From Gammaproteobacteria bacterium (GTDB lineage: Bacteria > Pseudomonadota > Gammaproteobacteria > Pseudomonadales > Pseudohongiellaceae): 64,000 bases of DNA. The position numbers were made by a program, and so were the translations under genes. The notes under the pieces are model-generated. The model did not search any database and was not told where the DNA came from. It saw only the letters and a list, made by a program, of their open reading frames with translations. Position 1 is the stretch's first letter, and every line of letters begins with the position of its first letter. Location of the stretch: assembly GCA_024639905.1 (NCBI GenBank), contig JAHEGE010000008.1, positions 12,023 through 76,022 of the forward strand, in the 5' to 3' direction. Of this stretch, positions 1 to 9,462 are shown piece by piece.

Positions 1-1395
1 TGCCGCAGGAATATCCGACAGATCGAAACGACCCAAAGACTTGTTCTGCGCGGCTTGCTTACGCTCGCCCTGCACGACGTGAATGGTTACCGCGGTTTGG
101 TTGTCGTCGGCAGTCGAGAAGACCTGCGTCTTCTTCGTTGGGATCGTCGTGTTCTTCTCGATCAACGTGCTTGCTACGCCTCCCATGGTCTCGATACCTA
201 GAGACAGAGGCGTTACGTCGAGCAGCAATACGTCGGTTACATCGCCTGACAGAACTGCCGCCTGAATCGCAGCGCCTACCGCAACCGCTTCATCGGGGTT
301 CACGTCGCGGCGCGGCTCTTTGCCGAAGAATTCAGAGACTCGCTTCTGCACCAATGGCATGCGCGTCTGGCCACCAACGAGGATGACATCGTTAATCTCG
401 CCGATCTCAAGGTCCGCGTCTTTCAGTGCCATCTTCAGAGGCTCGAGCGTGCGTTCTACCAAGTCTTCGACCAGCGACTCAAATTTCGCTCGCGTCAGCT
501 TCTGCACTAAGTGCTTTGGACCGCTTGCATCAGCGGTGATATACGGCAGATTGACCTCGGTCGCCTGCGAGGAGGACAACTCGATCTTGGCCTTCTCTGC
601 AGCCTCCTTAAGGCGTTGAAGCGCCAGCGGGTCGCTGTGCAGATCCATGCCTGAAGATTTCTTAAATTCGTCTGCGAGGTAATCGATGAGGCGCAGATCG
701 AAATCTTCGCCGCCGAGGAACGTGTCGCCGTTAGTCGAGAGCACTTCGAACGTGTGCTCGCCATCGGTCTCTGCGATTTCGATGATCGAGATATCGAACG
801 TGCCGCCACCAAGGTCATACACCGCGATGGTGGAGTCGCCCGCCTTCTTGTCCATGCCGTAAGCGAGTGCTGCTGCCGTTGGCTCGTTGATAATGCGCTT
901 AACATCCAAGCCTGCGATACGGCCGGCGTCTTTCGTCGCCTGACGCTGAGCATCGTTGAAGTAAGCAGGCACGGTCACCACCGCCTCAGTCACTGTCTCG
1001 CCGAGGAAGTCTTCCGCCGTCTTCTTCATCTTCTTCAGCGTCTGTGCCGAGATCTGAGGAGGCGACATCTTTTCACCGTTTACCTCAACCCAGGCGTCGC
1101 CGTTGTCTGCTTTGGTGATCTTGTAAGGCACCATTTTGATGTCTTTCTGCACGACATCGTCGGCGAACTGGCGGCCAATGAGGCGCTTGATCGCAAACAG
1201 CGTGTTGTCGGGGTTAGTCACCGCCTGGCGCTTAGCAGGCTGGCCTACCAACACCTCGCCATCGCTTGCGTAGGCAATGATGGAAGGAGTGGTGCGATCG
1301 CCTTCAGCGTTTTCGATGACCTTCGCCTCGCCACCGTCCATCACTGCGACGCAGGAGTTGGTGGTACCGAGGTCTATTCCTATGATTTTACCCAT
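1..1395 (-). CDS. dnaK: Molecular chaperone DnaK (Hsp70), N-terminal ~465 aa; the 3' end runs off the window
   Basis: Reverse translation from the ATG at 1395 gives [22 protein letters not shown]...[13 protein letters not shown]...[11 protein letters not shown], canonical Hsp70 motifs. A GGAG RBS lies upstream. It is absent from the ORF track because it is open at the window edge. Confidence 0.97.
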   Translation of the reverse strand, partial: MGKIIGIDLGTTNSCVAVMDGGEAKVIENAEGDRTTPSIIAYASDGEVLVGQPAKRQAVTNPDNTLFAIKRLIGRQFADDVVQKDIKMVPYKITKADNGDAWVEVNGEKMSPPQISAQTLKKMKKTAEDFLGETVTEAVVTVPAYFNDAQRQATKDAGRIAGLDVKRIINEPTAAALAYGMDKKAGDSTIAVYDLGGGTFDISIIEIAETDGEHTFEVLSTNGDTFLGGEDFDLRLIDYLADEFKKSSGMDLHSDPLALQRLKEAAEKAKIELSSSQATEVNLPYITADASGPKHLVQKLTRAKFESLVEDLVERTLEPLKMALKDADLEIGEINDVILVGGQTRMPLVQKRVSEFFGKEPRRDVNPDEAVAVGAAIQAAVLSGDVTDVLLLDVTPLSLGIETMGGVASTLIEKNTTIPTKKTQVFSTADDNQTAVTIHVVQGERKQAAQNKSLGRFDLSDIPAA

Positions 1396-1455
1396 TTTCC
1401 TAATCTCCATTTACCCGTCAGCACGGCTGGGGGTCTTAAGTCTGTCTTGGCATTA

Positions 1456-1485
1456 AATATTGGCGCGAAACCTATAAATTCAAGG
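1456..1485 (-). promoter_or_regulatory. Candidate sigma-32 heat-shock promoter of dnaK
   Basis: The minus strand reads CCTTGAAT-N14-CCAATATT, close to the sigma-32 consensus CTTGAA-N13-15-CCCCATNT. It lies 60-90 nt upstream of the dnaK ATG. Confidence 0.6.
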
Positions 1486-1499
1486 TGTGCGCTAGCGAT

Positions 1500-2093
1500 T
1501 TATTTGGATACCATCACCATAGCGGGGCGAATCACGCGGCCATGCAGCGTGTAGCCCTTCTGCATCACGGCTATAACTGTGTTGGGCTCTGCATCGGGGC
1601 TCTCTTGAATTGACATTGCCTGGTGCAGCTGCGGGTCGAAGGGCTCGCCCATGGGATCCACCGCGTCGATGTTGAAGCGCTTAAAGCAGTCTGCGAAGCC
1701 TTTGAGCGTGAGTTCCACACCCTCTTTAATCGCCTTTACTGCCTCGTCTTCGCTGGCCTCAGCAGCCGCCGCCGAACGCTCGAGGTTGTCCATTACCGCC
1801 AATAGCTCAACACTAAACTTCTCTTGGCCGTATTTGTGCGCTTTCTCGATATCTTGCTCAGTGCGCCTGCGCAGATTCTGCATCTCGGCCTGCACTCTGA
1901 GGAGCTCGTCGCGCGCCATGCCGACATTAGCCTCGGCCGCCTCTAGCTGCTCACGCAGCTGGTCGAGCTCGGATACAGGCTGGTCACTAGACTCTGCTGC
2001 GCTCTCAATATCGCTCTCCATAGCGCTCTCCGTAGCGCTGGTCTGCGCTTCTTCTTCCTGTTCGGGGGTGTTATCGGGCGTCTGCTCGCTCAT
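1500..2093 (-). CDS. grpE: Nucleotide exchange factor GrpE
   Basis: 197 aa with an acidic N-terminus and a C-terminus ...VIAVMQKGYTLHGRVIRPAMVMVSK typical of GrpE. It lies immediately upstream of dnaK. Confidence 0.95.
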   Translation of the reverse strand: MSEQTPDNTPEQEEEAQTSATESAMESDIESAAESSDQPVSELDQLREQLEAAEANVGMARDELLRVQAEMQNLRRRTEQDIEKAHKYGQEKFSVELLAVMDNLERSAAAAEASEDEAVKAIKEGVELTLKGFADCFKRFNIDAVDPMGEPFDPQLHQAMSIQESPDAEPNTVIAVMQKGYTLHGRVIRPAMVMVSK

Positions 2094-2137
2094 AGCTTCC
2101 TCTTACTGGTCTGGTGTTAGTGACGACGATGGCGTGT

Positions 2138-2165
2138 ATATGGGGCCTTTCCTGAGACATTCAAG
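2138..2165 (-). promoter_or_regulatory. Candidate sigma-32 heat-shock promoter of grpE
   Basis: The minus strand reads CTTGAA-tgtctcaggaaagg-CCCCATAT, a near-perfect sigma-32 -35/-10 pair, about 45 nt upstream of the grpE ATG. Confidence 0.7.
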
Positions 2166-2284
2166 CGAGCGTTGCCGCCTGCCGAAGAGCCGCAGGACGT
2201 CCAGAGAATTTGAAGATTTCGTGCATACCGCCTATCCGATCCCCTATACTTGAAAAGACGCACCCAGACCGCGGAACCCCGACT

Positions 2285-4009
2285 ATGCTCCTTCAGCTCA
2301 CCATCCAGAACTACGCCACGGTAGACAGCCTCGAGATTGATTTCGGGCCGGGGATGATAGCGATTAGCGGCGAAACCGGTGCGGGCAAGTCGATTATGCT
2401 CGACGGGCTAGGGCTCACGCTCGGCGACCGCGCAGACAAGAGCATCGTTCGCAGCGGCGCGCGCAAGGCGGAGATCTGCGCCGTGTTCGATATTTCTCAC
2501 ATCCCGGCAGCAGAGCAATGGCTCGATGATCACGAGCTTAAGGATGACAACGAGCCCGATCGCTGTCTCTTGCGCCGCGTGGTGGGAGACGATGGCCGCT
2601 CGAAGGGGTTTATCAACGGCTCCCCCGCGACACTAGGTGACATGACCGCCCTGGGCGAGATGCTGATCGATATACACAGCCAGCACGAGCATCAGTCACT
2701 ACTGCAACGTGCTACCCATCAGCGCATGCTCGACGAATTCAGCGTCGACGCCGCGTCATCCCAAGGACTAGCCGATGCCTATAAGGCATGGCACAAAAAT
2801 AGCCAACGTATTACCGCGCTCAGCGAGTCGCGGGCGGATGACTCAGCGCAGGTTCAGCTACTCAGCTACCAGCTTGCTGAGCTAGATGAGCTGGCCCTGG
2901 CCGACGAGGAGTTCGAGGCACTCGAGGCGGAGTTCAAAATACTCAACAGCGCCGACGATACTTTAGGCGCGGCACAGGCGGTGCTCGACTGCTGCAGCGG
3001 GAATGGCGACGAGGCGAGTGCCGCCGATTTGCTAACCAAGGCGCACGGCTTACTCGCCGCGCTGGCTAGCAAAGGCTCGAGGCTCGGGAATGCCGCGTCA
3101 CTCATCGAATCGGCTGCGATCCAGCTTGATGAAGCGATTGACGATCTGCGCCTGTTCGTCGATGGCTTCGAGGCAGACCCCGAACGCCTAGAACAGGTGA
3201 ACGAGCGCCTAGGATTGCTGCACGCGATCGCGCGCAAGCACAAGATCAAACCACAAGCGCTGCCCGCCTTCACCGCAGACATGCGTGCACAGCTTGAAAG
3301 CATAGCCAACAGCGACCAAGAGCTTGAAACACTGCGCGCTGCCGATGCCGCACTGCGCACCGCCTTTAGTAGCGCCGCAGCTAAGGTAAGCAAGCAGCGT
3401 AAGACCGGCGCCCAATGCCTCGCCAAGCGCGTCAACGAACAGCTGCTGAGCCTTGGCATGCCCCATGCGCGCCTCGAAGTCGCACTCTCGCCTGCGTCAG
3501 CTGAGAGACCCACTATGCAGGGCGCCGAGTCTGTCGAGTTCCTAGTCAGCACGAACCCAGGTGTCGAGGCCAAGCCCTTGATCAAGATCGCGTCGGGTGG
3601 CGAGTTATCGCGTATCAGCCTCGCGATACAGGTGGTCACCGCCCAAACTTCTCGCACGCCGAGCCTCGTGTTCGATGAAGTCGATGTGGGCATAGGCGGC
3701 GGCGTCGCAAAAATAGTCGGCGAGCTGTTGCGGCAACTCGGCGCCACGAGCCAAGTGCTCTGCGTGACGCATCAGGCACAGGTTGCTGGTCAGGGCCACA
3801 GCCATTATTTCGTGAGCAAATCTGTCGCAACCGGCGCCGCGGGCGATGCGACGCTAACTCGAATAGAGCGGCTGGATGATGCGGCGCGCCTTAAGGAAGT
3901 CGCGAGGATGCTAGGCGGCGATGACTACAGCGCCGAATCGCTAGCCCACGCGAAGAAGATGCTGGTGCTGGAGACTAAGGCGAAAGCGAGCAAAAAGCGC
4001 AGCGCCTAA
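2285..4009 (+). CDS. recN: DNA repair protein RecN
   Basis: Starts MLLQLTIQNYATVDSLEIDFGPGMIAISGETGAGKSI (Walker A) and has C-terminal ASGGELSRISLAIQV plus LVFDEVDVGIGG (SMC signature / Walker B). The internal ATG at 2285 is preferred over the track start at 2210. Confidence 0.95.
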   Translation: MLLQLTIQNYATVDSLEIDFGPGMIAISGETGAGKSIMLDGLGLTLGDRADKSIVRSGARKAEICAVFDISHIPAAEQWLDDHELKDDNEPDRCLLRRVVGDDGRSKGFINGSPATLGDMTALGEMLIDIHSQHEHQSLLQRATHQRMLDEFSVDAASSQGLADAYKAWHKNSQRITALSESRADDSAQVQLLSYQLAELDELALADEEFEALEAEFKILNSADDTLGAAQAVLDCCSGNGDEASAADLLTKAHGLLAALASKGSRLGNAASLIESAAIQLDEAIDDLRLFVDGFEADPERLEQVNERLGLLHAIARKHKIKPQALPAFTADMRAQLESIANSDQELETLRAADAALRTAFSSAAAKVSKQRKTGAQCLAKRVNEQLLSLGMPHARLEVALSPASAERPTMQGAESVEFLVSTNPGVEAKPLIKIASGGELSRISLAIQVVTAQTSRTPSLVFDEVDVGIGGGVAKIVGELLRQLGATSQVLCVTHQAQVAGQGHSHYFVSKSVATGAAGDATLTRIERLDDAARLKEVARMLGGDDYSAESLAHAKKMLVLETKAKASKKRSA

Positions 4010-4018
4010 GAAAACACC

Positions 4019-4435
4019 CTAGCCCTGGCACTGTTTGCACAGCCCATAGAGATAGAGGCTGTGGTCGGTGATCTTGAATTCATATTTACGCGCGATCTTT
4101 TCTTGCTGCTCTTCGATGACCTCGTCGTAAAATTCCTGCACCTGCCCGCATTTGTTACACACGATGTGATCATGGTGGTGTTCGGTGCTGAGTTCGAACA
4201 CCGACGAGCCGCCTTCAAAGTGGTGGCGCGTGACCAAGCCCGCCGCCTCGAACTGAGTAAGTACGCGGTAAACCGTCGCCAGCCCCGTGTCCTCATTGGC
4301 TTCGAGCAGCATCTTGTATACGTCTTCGGCAGAAACGTGTTTGGTTTCGGAACTCTCGAGCACTTGAAGGATCTTAACCCGTGGGTGGGTCACCTTAAGG
4401 CCTGCATCCCGCAGTTCTTGGTTTTCTGAGCTCAT
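4019..4435 (-). CDS. fur: Ferric uptake regulator Fur
   Basis: 138 aa with [15 protein letters not shown]...[15 protein letters not shown]...[12 protein letters not shown]...CKQC, the Fur DNA-binding helix and metal sites. Confidence 0.95.
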   Translation of the reverse strand: MSSENQELRDAGLKVTHPRVKILQVLESSETKHVSAEDVYKMLLEANEDTGLATVYRVLTQFEAAGLVTRHHFEGGSSVFELSTEHHHDHIVCNKCGQVQEFYDEVIEEQQEKIARKYEFKITDHSLYLYGLCKQCQG

Positions 4436-4546
4436 GTGAGGTTTCTCGCGGCGCTAGGGGAATCGCGGTTCGTGATCGCCGCTCATCTGAGTTACCATTA
4501 TGCCCTGTCGCTAGATTGCAGGCAAAACAAGGAAAGACACAGCACC

Positions 4547-4903
4547 ATGCACTACTTCAAGCACGCTCTCATACTCGCCGCGATTCCCTTCCTCGCCGCT
4601 TGTAAAAACTTCGGCTCGATGGATTTTCCGGGTGTTTATAAGATTTCCATCCCTCAGGGCAACATCATTACCCAAGATATGGTCGACCAGCTGCGGCCGG
4701 GTATGACGAAGAGGCAGGTGATTTTCGTGATGGGGACCCCGCTGGTGCGCGACCCCTTCCACCAAGACCGTTGGGATTATGTCTACAACTTCCAGCCCGG
4801 CGGTGGCGTGCGCGGCCAAGAACGGCTAGCCGTCTTCTTCGAAGACGACCAGCTCGTCAGCTTTAGCGGCGACTTTGAGCCGTCGACGCCCGAGGACTCC
4901 TAA
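4547..4903 (+). CDS. bamE: Outer membrane protein assembly factor BamE (OmlA/SmpA)
   Basis: [19 protein letters not shown] lipobox followed by [50 protein letters not shown], a BamE signature. The internal ATG at 4547 is preferred. Confidence 0.9.
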   Translation: MHYFKHALILAAIPFLAACKNFGSMDFPGVYKISIPQGNIITQDMVDQLRPGMTKRQVIFVMGTPLVRDPFHQDRWDYVYNFQPGGGVRGQERLAVFFEDDQLVSFSGDFEPSTPEDS

Positions 4904-4913
4904 TCCACAGTGA

Positions 4914-7052
4914 TTAGAAGTTAAATCGCAGGCCGAGCTCCCATGACCTGCCCGCTGCCGGCGCGATTTCCTTCAAGAAGGACGGATGCTCACGGATTTC
5001 TTCATCGAGCAGATTAGTCCCCCGCAGGAATACCAACGCCTCATTATCACCGAAGTCCACATGCCAATCGGCGTAGGCGGTGAGCAGGCTGTAACCTGCG
5101 CTGGGCAACTCGCCGAACGCCACATCGTCCTGTTTTTGCACTTCCTGCCAACGCAGTTTGGCCTGCCAGTGCACATGGGAATGCTTGATCTCGACGCCGG
5201 CACGTAGTGGCGGAATGCGGGGCACATCGCCGCTTCTGTCTAGCTCGGCATTCACGTAATCGGCAAAAACCGACACTTCGGTGAGATGATCTCCACTGCG
5301 ACGCAGCGGCGCGCTGAGCTGCGCCTCGACGCCCATAAACCGAGCATCTTCTTGCCGGTAGCGCGCAACGGTAACCTCGTCCACTTCGACGGCTGTGTCC
5401 GCAAGGTAGATGTAATCAGCGATGTCGTTGTAGAAGAAGTTCAACTCACCGGTCACGTCGCCCGCATGCTTACGCAAACCTAGCTCGATATTGGTGGCGC
5501 TCTCTTTCTCCGCATCAGGAAGACCCACTTCAAGCCTTTGAGTCGCGACGTGAGGTATGAGCATCTCGAGTGGGAGCTCGCTGCAGTCAGTTCGAATATT
5601 CGAATAGCGTTCGTCGACTGTTGCGGCGCGCTGCGAATGTGACAGTGAGAAAATTGCGTTGCTGTCATCTCTGAAACGCCACAGCGCGGAGCCGCTAGCA
5701 CTCCAACTGGATTCCGTGTCGTCGCAGCTGCCGCCTTGCTGATCCAGAGTCTGCTGCTCGAACCGTGCGCCGGCCTCATAAAGCATCACACCCGTATCTA
5801 AGCTCTGCACCGTGAACAGCGCGAGTGTGCCGATATCTGTGGTTGGGATAAATGCCTCACTGCCCAGTGCCGCGAATTCACGCGTAGAGCCCTGAAATCC
5901 AATGATGCCCTGACGCCCATCGCGTTCCACCTGATGCAAAGCGAAGCGACCCTCAATGCCAGACTGGGTATAGCGCGTACCGATTTCCACACCCTCTATC
6001 TCGACATGTTCATAGTCGACTACACCGACACGGCCGTGCACCTCGTCAAAAAAACCCGTTAACGGCAGTTGGAACTCCATGTCGTAGCGATCCTGGCGCA
6101 TGTCGATGCGCACATCTTCTTCGCCATGATCATCGTCATGGTCCTCATCGTGATGCTCATCGTGGTCGTCATGGTGCGCATGCGATCCTGCAGGAATGCC
6201 GTATTCGTTATCGAGTCGGTTATAGGACACGCCGATATACCCTTCATCGAATACCCAAGAGGCCCCGACAGACTGCGCATCGGAACGGGCATCTGTGTTG
6301 CGCACAACGCCCTGGCTTTCCATCAGTTCTTCGCGCGCCTCAGCATCATTCAGATCAACGAGCGCGGGATTCTGCGCGAAGCCAGGAATGTCGAGATCGT
6401 TACTCTCACGGTAAACGCCATCGATGTGCCAGGCAATATTGCCGACAGAGCCTTCAAGAAGGCCAACGCTGACCTGCTGGTCACTCGCACTATTGTGGCG
6501 TGTCTCGAGCATTGCGTTTGGACTATCTAGCAGCTTGGTAGGAATTCGATTGTCGATGACATTGACCACGCCGCCAATCGCGCCGTTACCGTAAAGCAGC
6601 GTTGCTGGGCCGCGCACGACTTCAATGCGATTGGCCAGCGCAGGCTCGAGACTGTTCGCATGGTCAGGGCTCACGGCAGAGGCATCGATATTGCCAATGC
6701 CGCCCTGCAATACCTGTACGCGATTCGCGCTCTGGCCGCGAATAACCGGCGCACCAACACCCGGGCCGAAGCTCGCCGAGTTAACGCCTACCTGCTCCGA
6801 AAGCGTCGTTCCCAGAGTCGCGCCTATTTGCTCGCGGAGCTCCTCTCCAGCCAGCAGATTTACTGGGAGCACCGTGTCCGCACGGCTGCGATGCAGCGTA
6901 GCTGTCACGACTATCTCTTCTACATTTTCTTCGCGGTGCTCTAACTCTTGCCCCACTGCGGCTGTGCTCGCGAGAGCCACAGCGAGGGAGAGTGTGCGGG
7001 GTAATACGCCATGGTGGCGCTTGAGACTTATGCTCGAATTCATAATTAGCAT
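4914..7052 (-). CDS. TonB-dependent outer membrane receptor with a His/Asp-rich loop (ZnuD-like metal receptor)
   Basis: 712 aa with a signal peptide, a plug (EEIVVTATL, RVEVVRGPATLLYGNGAIGGVVNVI) and a terminal ...LGLRFNF. The loop HAHHDDHDEHHDEDHDDDHGEED is encoded at 6114-6182. Confidence 0.9.
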   Translation of the reverse strand: MLIMNSSISLKRHHGVLPRTLSLAVALASTAAVGQELEHREENVEEIVVTATLHRSRADTVLPVNLLAGEELREQIGATLGTTLSEQVGVNSASFGPGVGAPVIRGQSANRVQVLQGGIGNIDASAVSPDHANSLEPALANRIEVVRGPATLLYGNGAIGGVVNVIDNRIPTKLLDSPNAMLETRHNSASDQQVSVGLLEGSVGNIAWHIDGVYRESNDLDIPGFAQNPALVDLNDAEAREELMESQGVVRNTDARSDAQSVGASWVFDEGYIGVSYNRLDNEYGIPAGSHAHHDDHDEHHDEDHDDDHGEEDVRIDMRQDRYDMEFQLPLTGFFDEVHGRVGVVDYEHVEIEGVEIGTRYTQSGIEGRFALHQVERDGRQGIIGFQGSTREFAALGSEAFIPTTDIGTLALFTVQSLDTGVMLYEAGARFEQQTLDQQGGSCDDTESSWSASGSALWRFRDDSNAIFSLSHSQRAATVDERYSNIRTDCSELPLEMLIPHVATQRLEVGLPDAEKESATNIELGLRKHAGDVTGELNFFYNDIADYIYLADTAVEVDEVTVARYRQEDARFMGVEAQLSAPLRRSGDHLTEVSVFADYVNAELDRSGDVPRIPPLRAGVEIKHSHVHWQAKLRWQEVQKQDDVAFGELPSAGYSLLTAYADWHVDFGDNEALVFLRGTNLLDEEIREHPSFLKEIAPAAGRSWELGLRFNF

Positions 7053-7210
7053 TCCTAAAACCGACCGCGAGGCGATCGTAATACGCGTTGTCTCACAGCT
7101 AAATATGCGGCTATCGCAGCAGGCGAGAGCGCATCAATCAAAGGCCGCTTCGTGCAATTAGCACGCACACAGCAGAGTCATCAGCGAGACGGTTAATTAA
7201 GCGACGTGTC

Positions 7211-7552
7211 TTAGGATAGCGGTGGCGCGCGGGCGTGGCGGGCAAGCTTCAGCGTGCCGAGAACAGGCTCGGCAGCAGGTTGGCTGTGCAGGAAAGCCTG
7301 CGGGGGTTCAATAAGCAATGCGCTAGCGGTCAGCGCGTGCCCAAGAGTTCCGGTGACAAGACAGATATCACAGTCGAACTGCGACTGCAGGTCTCCGTCG
7401 TGATTATGGGAGAGATCGATACCCTGCCCGAACAGCAAGACCGCGGAGAACAACCACATAGCAGCGAGGCTGCGCAGCTTAGTCGGCCTGAGCAAGCTGG
7501 GTGCACACAAACCACGCCAAACCGGCGCCAGCTTTACGGAGGCGCTTCTCAT
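7211..7552 (-). CDS. Small hypothetical membrane/exported protein with an HNHDGD...DCDIC motif
   Basis: ORF immediately upstream of the His-rich receptor on the same strand. It has one hydrophobic segment (LAAMWLFSAVLLFG), then His/Asp and a CxxC. The start is uncertain (7552 or 7594). Confidence 0.45.
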   Translation of the reverse strand: MRSASVKLAPVWRGLCAPSLLRPTKLRSLAAMWLFSAVLLFGQGIDLSHNHDGDLQSQFDCDICLVTGTLGHALTASALLIEPPQAFLHSQPAAEPVLGTLKLARHARAPPLS

Positions 7553-7769
7553 CTTATTGCTAAGAAATCGGCTAAAGGTTGAGTGGGCGTCCATAGTCTT
7601 AAACCTGGAAATATTTGGGATTTATAGCTAGTCCGCTTGGCTTCTGCAAGTCATTTCAACCTAGCGAATCACAACGATAGATAAACCCGTTTTCGCGGAA
7701 CTGACGCCGCGGCTGACAATGCCAGAGGATTTGGGGAAAAAATGCATCGATGAAAGACCTGACCCCGGG

Positions 7770-8801
7770 TTAGAGGTTTGCGGCTAGGGTGGTGAGAGCT
7801 GGGACGCCAACGATGTCTTGGGCGAGCAGGAAGAGGTCGTGGCGTGGGAGGCCCGGCAGGGCTTTGCTCAGCAGATCCAGGTGTGCCTGCTCCTGCTCGT
7901 GGCGCGCGCGCATGAACTCGCCGCCATCGGCAGGCGAGCGCTTATTGACCACCAACGCTGCCACATTCACATTCGCAGCCTTAAGCTGCGCATGTAACTC
8001 TATCGTTTCGAGTACCGGCAAGCGTTCTGCGGCGAGCACGATGACGAACGCCGTAGTCGCGTGATCAGCGAGTGTGTCCCGCAGCGTCGTGAAGCGCAGT
8101 TTACGGCGATGCAAAATGCCGCGAATGCCGGACTCGCGCATCTTCTCTACGTCTTTTGAATCTGCACTGAAGGTCTTTTCTTCCATCGATGAGTCTCGGC
8201 TCAGGTCTTTCACTACCTGTGCGAAGCCGTCAGCCTTCTCTTGCCGCTTAATCAGGCCTTCCGTCCAAGCCGACATCATCTCCGGCAGCGCCATTAACCG
8301 GGCGGTATGCCCAGAGGGCGCCGTGTCGAACACCACGAGGTCGTATTCCTTTACGCCCTGCTCCACCACCTCGGCAATGCGTTCCATCAGTGCCGCTTCC
8401 TGCATGCCTGGCGCGTCCTTACTCAACGCCATGTGCTTGTCGACTTCGCCGCGCAAATGAATAGGCATGAGTTTGTGCAGAGAGTTGGTAATCTCTTTCA
8501 TGTGCAGCCGCACGGTCTCCTCGGGGTCAAGCTCCAAGCCGTCTAGCCCGGATGCGAGCCGCACCGGGCTGGAGCCGATCGGCCTGTCGAATAAGTGGCC
8601 AAGATTGTGCGCTGGGTCGGTAGATACCAACAACACCTTGCCGCCCGCCTGCGCACGCGCCAGCGCCGCCGCTGCGGAGACAGTCGTTTTTCCCACCCCG
8701 CCCTTACCGCCGAAGAAGATAATTTTTTTGTCTTGCGCGAGTTCTAGCAGCAATGTACGTGATCCAATGGCGAGCGCTCCATGCCCATACGAGTATGCCA
8801 C
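7770..8801 (-). CDS. ArsA/GET3-family P-loop ATPase, single-domain and cysteine-free
   Basis: GGKGGVGKTTVSAAAA deviant Walker A and the DTAPSGHTARLM signature (ArsA DTAPTGHT). 343 aa and no Cys anywhere. An alternative TTG start at 8753 would reduce the overlap with the upstream gene. Confidence 0.85.
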   Translation of the reverse strand: MAYSYGHGALAIGSRTLLLELAQDKKIIFFGGKGGVGKTTVSAAAALARAQAGGKVLLVSTDPAHNLGHLFDRPIGSSPVRLASGLDGLELDPEETVRLHMKEITNSLHKLMPIHLRGEVDKHMALSKDAPGMQEAALMERIAEVVEQGVKEYDLVVFDTAPSGHTARLMALPEMMSAWTEGLIKRQEKADGFAQVVKDLSRDSSMEEKTFSADSKDVEKMRESGIRGILHRRKLRFTTLRDTLADHATTAFVIVLAAERLPVLETIELHAQLKAANVNVAALVVNKRSPADGGEFMRARHEQEQAHLDLLSKALPGLPRHDLFLLAQDIVGVPALTTLAANL

Positions 8802-9040
8802 TCGTGGAAGCGATCATAGACTATAGGGAGAAGCTCCATCGTATAAAATGCAGCGGGGTTTGGAATGCCGAGCGTCTCTGCAAAGATAAGCAGCATGAAC
8901 AGATCCTCTTCATCGCGCTGCGCGCGAGCGAACGATCGTCTGTAGGGCGTTACGTAAAACTCATGTAGCCCGCTCTCTACCCGCGCAAGAATGTCACGCA
9001 GCGCATCGAGCGCTTTGGCTTTTTTCTCTGAGTCTGTCAT
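8744..9040 (-). CDS. Small protein (98 aa) ending HEWHTRMGMERSPLDHVHCC-stop, partner of the ArsA-like ATPase
   Basis: Its only two Cys are the last two residues, in a His-rich tail. Its stop overlaps the ATPase start region by 10-58 nt. From memory it resembles the family NCBI names cory-CC-star protein; this could not be verified. Confidence 0.6.
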   Translation of the reverse strand: MTDSEKKAKALDALRDILARVESGLHEFYVTPYRRSFARAQRDEEDLFMLLIFAETLGIPNPAAFYTMELLPIVYDRFHEWHTRMGMERSPLDHVHCC

Positions 9041-9041
9041 C

Positions 9042-9431
9042 TCACGCCTTTGGGTTGTTGTTACGCGCGTGCTGACGAGCGGCCTTTTTACTGTCGCGCG
9101 CCGCTTCTCGTGCTACACGCTTTTCCTCTGCCCGCGCGAGCCGCGCCTGCATAGGGTCTATCGTCAGCGGTCGATAAATTTCCACGCGATCGTCCTCTTC
9201 CACCACATACTCATGCGGCAACGGCCTGCCTTTGCCATCTAGCGGCAGGGAAAAAATGCCGAGGTCGAGAGGCGCGGATTCTATCTCAGGAAAAAGCTGT
9301 ACGATGCCTGACAACTCCACAGCCTGTGCAGCGGTGGTGCCTCGTGGGACCGACAGCTCCAAAAGCTTTTGTTCGCTAGGCGAGGCATAAACGACTTCGA
9401 TTGTGACTGAGTCGACGGATGACTGTGACAT
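9042..9431 (-). CDS. rnfH: RnfH family ubiquitin-like protein (RatB/YfjF)
   Basis: IEVVYASPSEQKLLELSVPRGTTAAQAVELSGI...DDRVEIYRPL matches the RnfH/UPF0125 pattern. It lies downstream of ratA as in enterics and pseudomonads. The internal ATG at 9431 is preferred. Confidence 0.8.
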   Translation of the reverse strand: MSQSSVDSVTIEVVYASPSEQKLLELSVPRGTTAAQAVELSGIVQLFPEIESAPLDLGIFSLPLDGKGRPLPHEYVVEEDDRVEIYRPLTIDPMQARLARAEEKRVAREAARDSKKAARQHARNNNPKA

Positions 9432-9462
9432 AGTAAAACTCGCTGCACTAGCAGTACTAGCG

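Noticed and set aside
754-1554. Long ORFs antisense to or out of frame with clear genes. Examples are 754-1554(+) inside dnaK, 2866-3747(-) inside recN, 15494-16135(-) inside the aminotransferase, 54668-55222(-) inside the PQQ dehydrogenase and 33260-33874(+).
   Set aside because: These are shadow ORFs typical of high-GC DNA. Their translations are Arg/Ala/Ser/Pro-rich with no motifs, and each is fully covered by a gene with strong family signatures.
2166-2284. A LexA/SOS box (CTGT-N8-ACAG) upstream of recN.
   Set aside because: No CTGT-N8-ACAG-like palindrome is visible in the grpE-recN intergenic region. Only the sigma-32 promoter for grpE was recognisable.
2210-2284. Upstream-extended starts given by the ORF track for many genes: 2210, 4436, 9521, 11346, 11432, 20603, 24206, 29102, 30373, 33589, 39334, 53611, 54281 and 59664.
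   Set aside because: The internal starts give canonical family N-termini, signal peptides or lipoboxes, better RBS spacing, and remove overlaps with neighbouring genes or terminator hairpins.
7053-7210. A Zur or Fur operator upstream of the His-rich TonB receptor.
   Set aside because: There is no convincing match to GATAATGATAATCATTATC or to the Zur palindrome GAAATGTTATAWTATAACATTTC. A matrix scan is needed.
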